DNA of 64,000 nucleotides, taken from positions 1,302,001 through 1,366,000 of the forward strand of contig JAYWIR010000006.1 of the NCBI GenBank assembly GCA_036172245.1, read 5' to 3'. The stretch is from Raillietiella orientalis. Lineage: Eukaryota. The translations under genes and the position numbers were made by a program. The notes below the pieces were generated by a model. It was not told the DNA's origin. It saw only the letters and a list, made by a program, of their open reading frames with translations, and made no database searches. This document shows positions 50,521-60,400 of this stretch, in pieces; positions within the stretch are counted from its first letter, which is position 1; every line of letters starts with the position of its first letter.

Positions 50521-50873
50521 CCGTGCGGCGTGCGAGCCACGCGTGGCTCCAGGAGGGGAGGGCAGGAAGAAGTCGCCGAGGCGATGAGCGCATCCACCGG
50601 CCCTGCAGAGGCTGACTGGCAGGCGACCATGGCGACCCTCTTCTCCCTCGACATTCCCTTCTACTCCGGGAGACAGGGCGGGATGAGGAGGGAGGCAGGA
50701 AGAGGCGGCAATCCCGTCCTGCGGAAGGCGGGGAGGCGGCGTGGCTCCTTTCCTCCCTCCCGACCAGGACAGGCAAAGGGAAAGGGGAGAAGCAAGCGAG
50801 GAAGAAGCGCGAAAGAGAGGTCGCCGGTCTCCAGGTGCAACGGAAGCGGCGGAGGCGGGCGAGGCGAGCGCGC
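50521..50873 (+). repeat. Diverged direct duplication, copy B (partner 47082-47538)
   Basis: Shared blocks such as gaggctgac, tggcgaccct, tccctcgac, agaggcggca, cggaaggcgggga, caaagggaaaggggagaag, gaagaagcgcgaaagag, gaggcgagcgcgc in the same order. Confidence 0.85.
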
Positions 50874-53800
50874 GCGCGCAGTGAGGGGAGGCCCCCAGGG
50901 CGAATTCGCAGCTCCCTTCACCGCTGTACCCGTTCGCGGCTTCCCGCTCGCCGTCAAGGCCGCCTCCGCCCCAAGCGGGGCTCATGAACATCGCCTCTTC
51001 CCTGCTTCAGGAGCCCCGTTTCGGGACGGGCGCCGGGCTTGACCGCACCGGAACGGCTCCGCGACCCGCGGTGCCTTCGAACGTCTCTCTTCACGCCGGG
51101 TCGGCCCAGCGGCGAAAACGGAACGGAGCCACCACCGCGCTCCGGGAGAGACGCAGGGCGGCCGCCGCCGCGCGCGCGTGCGATTCACCTGGCTCTGCAC
51201 GGCGCGGCGAGGCGCGTGGGGACCGCGCGCAGCGACCGGGGGCGCTCGGCGCGCTGGCGCAGCTCGGCGAGGGGGCGCGCACGTCCTCCTCCCCGCCTCC
51301 CTCTCTTCCTGGTCCGCTTTCTCCGCCGGAGCGCTGCCTCGGATGCTTTCCACTCGGATTCCACCGCATGGGTCCCCAAGCGCCGCGGAAGGGGAAGAGG
51401 CGAGGCGCATCCCTTCCTGCCACCGCTCGAAACGAGAGCCGATCTGCAGGGTTCCCCCTCCTTTTTTTTTCTTCCTTCCTCCTTTTTTCTTCCTTTTTCC
51501 TCGGAATGTGCGTCCTGTGCGTTGCCACGGATACGTTCCTTGGTATCTTTCATCACCCGGAGGAGAAAATTCGCACGAGATCTGCATCTTGCAATTCTTT
51601 TAAATACGAATCATTAGAAATTCCGCACATAGGAAACGCTGATAAAGATTTTATCACCATAAAGGAAGCCGAAGGGAAAAAAAGGAAAAAAGAGCGGGAG
51701 CGCGAGAGATTTAAACGCTCGCGATCTCGTGTAAGTGGACGCCTCTCTTCTGCTGCTTGACGTTTTCATCGCTTTTTGTCATCTCCGATGCTGGACCAGG
51801 GAGAATATTTCAAGCTTTCGACGGCCGGTTATTACACGCTCGTGCCCCGAGAATGTGTCCTGGCGCCGCGGCACCACAGCTCCCGCGTAATCCGTTTACC
51901 CGGAACCTTCCCGCGAGAGCCGCTGCGCGCGCGCGCGCGCGTGACGCAACAATGGGTGCGCGGGGAGCCGTCGGCCCTCCCCGCGCGGGCAGCGGCGAGC
52001 GCGCGCGCGCTCGTGGCGCCGTCGTCCGCCGCCCTGTCGTTAACCGTACGGGCAGTCCCCACCCCCCACTTTTCACGGGGGATGGTTCCCCAGGAATGCC
52101 CTCCTCTTTCTTTCTTTCTTTCTTTCTTTCGTTCGCTCGCGCGCGTGCGCACGCTGCGTGCGCGTCTTTCCGTGCGGATCGCCACCACACCGCCGCGCCA
52201 TCCCATAATCAGCTCCGCACGTCAATCACACGTCTTCTGGACGATCCTCCCCGACTTCTCTTCCTCCTCGCCATGGTGATTCTTCCCTCCTTGCTTGGGT
52301 TTTCTTCTCTTCCTCCTCCCTGTTGCACCCGGCATCCTCTGCAGCTGATGGAGCAGTATTTTCAGAATCCCAACCCGTTACCATGAAGAGCTAACAAGTG
52401 ATGACAAATGCTGAAAGACAGTTTGATGAAGCGGTGAGGAAATGTATCCGTGACTACCCGCATGCGTGGCGAATGATCGTAGCAAGATAAATGAAAATTA
52501 ATAAATAATTGTACGAGGGAAATTGTGTTTGTTGCGAATTCCTGGATCCCTCCTGGCAGGCCGGAGATTCCTTCCGCTCCCTGCCTTCGGATGAGATTGA
52601 TGCACATCCTTATCGTGCACATCCTTTCCTTTTCTTCCTTCGCTTTTTCTTTTTCGCCGTCGCTGCTGCCGTCCTCCCCCCTCCCCTCCCCCCATTTTTC
52701 CCCTTCTGCTGGTCGGGCTCCCCCTTCTCGGTAGGAAAGGGAGTGCCTGCTGCCGCCTGCCTGGAAGCCGTTGACCTTTGCTTCACGCGGAAATTCGCTT
52801 CTTGCAAATCTTCCTGGGTGGATGTTCTCCGTTCGACCCAGAACCGATTCCGGCTGCTGTGTGCAGCAAACCGTTGGCGTGTAACGGCGCTGCGGCCGCT
52901 CGCGGAAAAGGCGGCGGCGGCGGCGGCGGTTGTCATCGCAACGGCCGCGGCGGGTTCGGAAACGGCTCCGCGATTTCTCCTTCCCGATAACAACCGGAGC
53001 AGAGGTGAGTTTCTTCCCCTCACCCCCACCCTTCAGATGGTATCGCCAAGAAGGCGAGCGAGTCGTTTTCTTTTGTCGGTGTGGAAACAGCGAAGCGGCG
53101 CCAAGAGGGCTTCTGGGGCACGCAGGGGACGGAGGGATGTCCTGCCTCCCTGTCCTCGCGTCGCTGCTCCCGGCGCAACGACACGAAACGGAAAGAGGAG
53201 GAGGGGGAAAGGGCGTTCCCGGCGATTCCCGCGGGAGGCGGGCGCGCGCGATGGACGGAGGATCCCCGCTCCGGTCCTCCGGAGCGGGAAGGTCTCCTTG
53301 CCCCGGAGAAGGGGCACGAGAAGGGAGCGCGCAGCCGCCGTCAGCACGGGGGAGCGCGGCAGGACCTCCGGAGGGACGCATCCGCACGGAAGAAGGGCGC
53401 GTCGCACGCGAAGGATCCGAGGAGGGAGAAGCAGCGGAGACGTCCCTCCGGACCTGCTCCGCTGCTCGGGCGGAGCGAGCGGACGGGAAGAGGAAGAAGG
53501 TGGCCCCGTCCTCGCATTTCCCGCTTCGCCGGCGCGGGGACTGCCTGTCCATCCTCGGGACGCGCGAGCACCTCGTCAGGGGGAGACGGTTCCGATCTCC
53601 GCGGCTCCTCCGAACGACGCTGCTTTGCCCCCCCCCCTTTCCTCTCCCCCCCCCCTTTCCTCTCCCCCCCCCCCTTTACTTTCTCCTTCCTCCGGAAGGG
53701 ACGGGGAAGGCCGTGGCAGCTGCAGCGGAGCAGGACTCGGGGTGGGGGGGGGCAGGGAGTAGGGGGGACGGGAGCAAATGGTTTCGCACTGCTGACACCG

Positions 53801-56800
53801 CCTCTCTCGTGTTCGGGATCCCGGAGGAGAAAGAGGAGGAAAAAGAAGAGGTGGGGGGAGGGGAGAAGAAGGAAGAGAAGGGCGAAGAAAAGGAGAAGAA
53901 GAGAAAAAGAAGGAGAGGAGGGGGGAGGAGGAAAGGGGGAAAGGAGGGGGGGGGGGAGGAAGGGGACGGAGAGCGGCCTGGGACGGGCGCCGCGGAGCGT
54001 CTGGCCCCGCGCGACTCACGGCAGTCTTTTTTAATTCCATGATCGGTTGCGGTAAAAGGCAATTTCCTGTCGGCCGGGGTAGCCCCCGGGCGTAGTTCCC
54101 CTAACGACGGCGCGTCCAGAATGTTGACCCGCGGAGGCGGGCTCGGGGGAAATCCCGGCGGGCCTGACCTGCGCTACCCTATTCACCGCTTCCCTTTCTT
54201 TCCTCCCTCGTCCCCTTCATCCTCCTCCCCCCTCCTCCTCCTCCCCCTCCTCGTGTCGGCGGAGAGCGAGAGAAAGAAAGAAGGGGAGGCAGCAGCGAAA
54301 TTCCCCCTGGAGGAGGAGAGGGGGAGGAAATCCCCTGCTCCTCCTCCTCGGCAGCACGCACATTCTCTCCGACACGTCACCTCCACATCCTTTCCTTTGC
54401 AAGGAGGAAGGCGTAGGCGGGATGACGTCACGCTGGTGCTCGAGAACCGCGCGCAGACTACAATCTCCACCGGGGCATGGGAGGGGGGGGGGAGGGAGAG
54501 GAGGAGAGAGCAAGTCCCTCTCCGCGGCCTTAGAGCGAGTCTTGCGTGGCGGAAGGGTGGAAGCTGCCGCAGTGGACAATTGCAGAGAAGAGCATTCCCC
54601 CCCCCCCCCCTCTTCTCCAAATGATGGCAGTGTCGAAAGGACAGCGAGTTCCATCGCTGAGGAAGTATCTGAAGAGGTTTGTGGAAGAATCCCCTTCCAG
54701 TTTCTTCCCTTCCCGTCCTCATACCGCCGCAGTGCCCTCCCGGCGTGCTCCTCTCCGTCTCCTCCCCTCTGTCTTCCTCGGCAATTTGAGGAGGAGGGGT
54801 TCGTGGTGAAGAGGACAGTCCCTGCGCAGACGCCCCCTCCCCCCCTTCCGTTGAATACCTGCTCCGCCTGTTCCTCGGGAAGGCGAGCGCAAGCAAACCG
54901 GGGGGACTATAGGGAACCTTTCGACATGGCTGCAGCCTCAGGGTCTTCCGTGGGGCAGCGAGCGGAAGAAAGGGAGGACACAGCAAGAGGTGCACTTGCT
55001 CGGGGAAAGGGGGGAATGAGCTGAGGGCGAGGGGAAGGAATCGAGGGATGGCAAGTCCACCGCTGGGTTGGCCAAGGCTCTCCTTCTTCTGGACTCTGTT
55101 GGGTTCGCCATCCTGATCCTTCCGGGAAGCAGCGGCGAGACGACGATTCGTGCCTCCTTCCCTGACCTCGGAAGGTGAACGGGAGGGGAGGTTGTTCTCA
55201 GGAGGAGAAGAAGAGGGGGGGGGGGGGGATAAAGCTGGGAGCGCTTCTGAACCGGAAGCGCCTCCTCCTCGGTCCTGTGGTTCCCACTGGCGTTGTCCCT
55301 GTCCTTCCTCCGCTCACCCCGGGGTTTCCGCACCAGAGCTCCCCCGCACTCTTCGCATCTTCACGAAGGCGCGCGGATGGCGAACGAGCTGCCTCTCCCC
55401 TCGGGCAGGAGGGAGAAGGAAGAAGGGCGCGGCCGGCTCGTTGTTCCTTGGAGTTGTTCTTCGGGATGTACCTTTTCCTGCTCCTCCGGCTCCTTCGAAA
55501 GAGACGCCCGGTCGCCGCCGCCGCGGAATGCTACGGATGAGCAGACGGCAGGGCAGTCAGTCGACGGCAAGAAGGGGGAGTGAAGAGGACATTGGAAGAG
55601 CATTGCTCAACTCGGTCCCTAATTCCCGTAGGCCTATTCCCCATCCCACTGCCGACAGTCCCAGGGGAGATCGACTGCGTCCTCCTCGCGGACCTCCAAG
55701 AAACTCGGGAAAAGCAGCAAGAACGCGAGACGAGAGCACGATCTTCCAGGGACCGTCCTTTATCCTCCTCCTCCGCGGAACCAGATTCGCCAACCGCTCG
55801 CCCTCCGCGAAAATCTCCCGATCTGCTCCCATTTCTCCTTCCTCCTCCTCCTCCTCCTCCTCTTCCGAGCCTTCGATGCGCGTCCCTCTGCGCCACTGCA
55901 GCAGCAGCAGCGAATTTCTCGACAGGATAGCTCAGACTTTTCAGCAAGGCAACGTCCCGCTGGTACTACGCCCGTCTCTGAGGTCGCACTCCCACTCGGC
56001 GGCCTTTCCGCCCTGGCCCTGCCCCCCTTTCCTTTCCCCCTGAGATACGCTCTCTGATCCGTGCCTCTCCCGACTTTCGCGATTCTGTCACCACCTCTCG
56101 GAACCTGGTTACGGCTCTCCCGCCGCTGCCTTCGCAAACCCACGTGAGCAAGCACTCCTCCTCCTTGTGACCATCCCCTCGGCGATTACCCTAACTACCA
56201 CTCAGAAAGCGTCGCTTCCTCCCTCCTCGCAGGCAAAGAGTTCCCTTCGCAGTTTGAAATTAACGTGCGCCGTTCCTTTCCTCTTCTCCCGGCGAACTTT
56301 GCTTCGCAGGAGTCCACTTAGTCCGCACGTTCGCGTTTCATCCCCGTAATCCATTCTCTCCAGGTCGCGGAAGAAACATTGAAGAAATGTTGTTTTCCAC
56401 GTCCTCGACTGGCTGATGAGGACGATTTCGAAAGATTCTCTCCCCCTCTCTTTCTTAGGGGAGAGGGGAGGAAGAGGAAACGGTGCAATAATCATGCGGT
56501 CTTCGGGGACTCGGAATCTTTTTCTTTCGCCTCCCTCTTCGTTCTCTCTCTCTCTTCCCCCCCCCCCTCTCCGTCCTGCTCCCCAAATGAATCTCCATTG
56601 AAGGATTTTCATTTGGCATTCCAGTTGCGTGCTGCACTTATACGACGCTGACGTAACGGCGATCCCCCAAATACATTTTCCACCGCTTGAAGGCGACGTA
56701 ATCCTTTCGAATTCCAGATGCGAGCTGGGCGATTTGGCGCAACCCATCGCCAAATCCGCTGTTTATTTAGCCATTTTCTGCGCAAGCGATCGATCAACAA

Positions 56801-57334
56801 CAATAGCCAGGAAACGTCTGTTGCGTGGTCAACAATGGAAAGGCGGAAGGCTCCAAGGAGATGAAGAACGACCTCACATTGTTAACGGACGACGATTCCA
56901 GCGACCAAAAATTAATGCGGACGCATGGAAACGGACGATAAACGCTAGCCTCTCTCCGGTTTTCTTTTCTTTTCTTTTTTTTTTTTTTCCAGCTACCCTT
57001 TTCCTTTCCTGTGTGTTCTCTCTCTCTCTCTCTTTTTTGCCTCCTATTCTCCCGGGAGATGACAAATCACGACCATGCCAAAGCGAGTAAGCAGCAAACA
57101 TTAAGCATTCGTTGATCTATGGGAATCCGCTAACGGAACTCTTTTAATCAACCCAAACGCACGATTCTGAGCCTGAAACACCACATCTCTCTTAAATCCT
57201 TTTATATACTTCGAGACGAACTTTCAGCCCGCTCTCCGGTCCACGTTCATACATCATTCCAAGTTCCACCTTTTCAGACTTGTGTGTTCATTCATGTTCA
57301 AAGTCCAATATACATATATATTATACATAACATG

Positions 57335-57368
57335 CACTTTGATCTTAGCCAAAAGGCCGAGAGGCGAT
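57335..57368 (-). pseudogene. U2: 3'-truncated U2 snRNA copy (first 34 nt)
   Basis: Minus strand ATCGCcTCTCGGCCTTTTGGCTAAGATCAAAGTG, 33/34 identical to the metazoan U2 5' end (AAA-type variant); begins at U2 nucleotide 1 and stops at the start of the GUAGUA branch-site pairing sequence; flanks are TA-rich. Confidence 0.9.
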
Positions 57369-57418
57369 ATATTATGTATATTATATTATTACATTAATTG
57401 TACTTCTGTTTCATCATC

Positions 57419-57475
57419 CGAACCAATCGCAGAATGCAATGAAGCACAGTTCATTGCATTCTTTTGTGATCTTCG
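57419..57475. other. Stem-loop (candidate pre-miRNA or transposon-derived fold-back)
   Basis: Perfect 13-bp arms AGAATGCAATGAA (57431-57443) / TTCATTGCATTCT (57450-57462) with a 6-nt loop; extendable via ATCGC/GTGAT and CGAA/TTCG. Confidence 0.5.
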
Positions 57476-60400
57476 ACTCGTGCGATCCCAAGGCACCATC
57501 GGAGACTGCTTAGTGTACAAGGATATTACTGTATTCTGGACTCGGAGGAGCATCATTGCATGACTCGGAGGGCAGCAGCCGCATTAATTAACATCCATCA
57601 GCTGGCACGCTGCGATGGATTTCGACCAATCTAGGGAATCTCGGGAAAGGAAAGGAAGGGAGAGACACATCCGAGCATCACAGGAAAATCCACACAAACC
57701 GCACGAAAATGGGATGGACGTCGCACGACGTGTGGGGAATGGGAAAGAGCGAGGCCTCCGCGCAACACATACACCCATTCGGGGAACTCCATCCTCCTGC
57801 TCCGGACTCCCTGAATTCCAATTGGAATTCGCACCGCGCGGCGGCGCTTTCCCCTGCGGATTGAGGGACGGGAGCGCGAGCACCCCCGTTTTCCTCGGGG
57901 CGTCCGTGCCCCTCCTCCCTCCCACCCCGCTCGAGCCGGGGTGGGGAGGAAGGAGGCGACTTGGGAGTTCTCCTGGGGTGGGCGAAGCAGGGACGGGAGA
58001 GGAAGAGGGGAGGGGATCAGGGAGGAGCAGGCCGGCGGCAGAGGCTGCGCGCGCGACTCTCACGGCAACGAGTGGCTCGGCTCCTCTTCCTCCGCGGACG
58101 CCAGTGGCCTGCTGCTCCCTCGGGCCGCCTGGAGAGAAGGGTCGCCGTTGGTAGGAAGGATCCGGGAAGTCTAGCCGCCGGCTGAGACGCTCGAGGAAAC
58201 GGCCATGGAGAGGAGGAGGAGCAGGAAGGGGAAATGTCCTTGGGGACTCTTCTCGAAGAACGAAGATTCCGAAGTCCTTGCCAGAAGACTCCAGCCGGGG
58301 GAAGCGGCTCGGGGGGGTTCGAAGCGGATGGTCGGAACCCGGCGACCTCTCCCGCCCTCGAAACGATACTCGGGATCAGAGCAGGAGGGGACGAGAGCAC
58401 GCCGCTTCTGGGGATCGATCCGCCCTGATCGACCCCTCGAGGCCGCCATCCCTCGTTGGAAGAGCCCGAGATTCACCCGACCACTTCACCTGCGCGCGTC
58501 CGAGAGAGTCCCATCTGGCGCGGGAGGGGTGGGTGGCGGCGGACCGGAGAGGACGCGAGAGGAAGATGCTCCAGCGGTCTGGAACCGGGGGGAGGGAGGG
58601 GAGAGCCGCTGCTTCTCCCTTCCACGCCCGGGTGAGAGCACGGCAGGCCCGGATGAGCGGTAAAGAAGCGCAATTTCGAAAGGAAGGGGCAACCCCCTTC
58701 AGGCACGGGAGAAAGGCTGCGACCCGGCGGAGCATCTCTGGCGCGGGAGCCAGAGGTGTCTCTCCATCCCCCCCCCCCTCGTGTTTTCCTCCTCCCTCCT
58801 GAAACAAGAAGAGAAAGGGACGGGCGACTCGGTGGTCTGCGGCCTCCAGACGGAAGGGCGGACGCGCCCTGGGAACCATGGGGCTCTCCCGCGCTCTCAT
58901 CGGCGAGCAGGTCGCTTCGATACGCCCCCCTTCCACCCACTGCCATTGCCATCAAGAGAGGCACCCGACAGTTTCTGTCCAGAAGGAGCCGACCCAAGAA
59001 GGCAGCGGAGGCGCCCCGGACGACCCAGGAAAAGCAGAGGAAACAAGTCGGGCTGTGCCGGAGGGACTTCCACCGTAGGGGGTCGAAGGGAGGGAGGGAG
59101 AGGAGGAACCCTCTCAGTGGACGGGCGAGCCCACTGGCGTGGGGCGAAACCTCTGCTGCCGGCGCGAATCCTCGGGAAGGGGGGACGTAAGAGAGAGAGC
59201 CTCCCGGCTGTTTCGTGGGATGAGGGGGAAGAGGGGGGCGGTCGGAAGACCAGTGGTTCCGACCTTCGGGGGCCAGGGCGCGACCGGAAGACGAGAAGAG
59301 AAGACTGAAGAGGTGGCAGACGCTCCTGATGATCTTCGGGCCGGTGACGGGCCGTTCCACTGGAGCTGCAGAGACTCTGCCATGAACTCCAGGTGAGGCC
59401 GGGAGAACAGCGACGGCGCGAGAGATCTCCGCGCGCATCTTGGCGCCGCGCAGTCGCCGAGCGGGCCCGGCTGCGACGGCCGTACCCCGCGGAGGGGAGC
59501 GCCAAAAAAAAAAAAAAAAGTGGTGGTGGTGGTGGTGCGCGGTGGAGGCGGATGGGAAGGAAGGGGTCGGGGTCGGCGGGCTCCCTTCCTGTTCGCGCGC
59601 GCTCCTGCTGGTCGCCGCGGCTCTGCGCACAGCCGGCAGGGTTGCACGGGTTTTTCGCCTCTTTTCTTTTTGTCTGCCTTTTCACCCGTCGCGGGTGCTC
59701 CCTTTCTCCCCCCTCCCCCTCCTTTTTCTTTTCTCTTTTTCTTACGCGTTTCTTCTGCACCCCGCCGAACGAGATCGTCCGCGCGAGCTCCTCCCGCGGC
59801 GGGCGAAACGCGAGGAGAACGCTCAAGACGTGCTCCTCCGCTCTTCTTGCCGTTTGAACGAGCGCGGAACGACGTGCGCGGAAGAACGACGGCAACGCTC
59901 CGCAGCGTGGACTGCGACGGGCGGGAGGGAAGGGGGATGGGGTCGGGGGGGGATCGAACCTGGACTAGCCGAAACAACCTTAATTAAGATTGCCAACCTG
60001 ATCCGCGCGCGCGGGACGATGGGATGCTCTGCGGGAAGGGACAGGGAGGGAGTGGAGGAAGGACCTTTGATCCCTGAGGTGTGTCTTCGCGGGTGCGAGG
60101 CGCTGTTGAAGGGGGGCCAAGCTGGCGCGCGGAGGGAAGAAATGGCGAGCGAGACTTGCAGCTCCACTGTGTACGCGTCGTCGTGTGCAAGCACGCGTTC
60201 CCGTGTTTCTTCCAGGGCGTATTTTCCTCTGACCGCCTCGTCCTCATTAAGAGGATGAAGCGAAACGAAACAAAATAGTCAATCTGCCCTTCCTGTATGC
60301 TGCACGCGTGAAGCCGTGCAGTTCCAGAATTTTCCTCGTGTCCAGTCACAGCGTGAAAGGCCGGCTGTACGGCACTTCCGAGCAGAAGCAGTCCGTCCTC

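Noticed and set aside
52398..52480. C/D snoRNA-like boxes (GTGATGA, CTGA, TTGATGA)
   Set aside because: No terminal D box or closing stem, and no recognisable rRNA guide.
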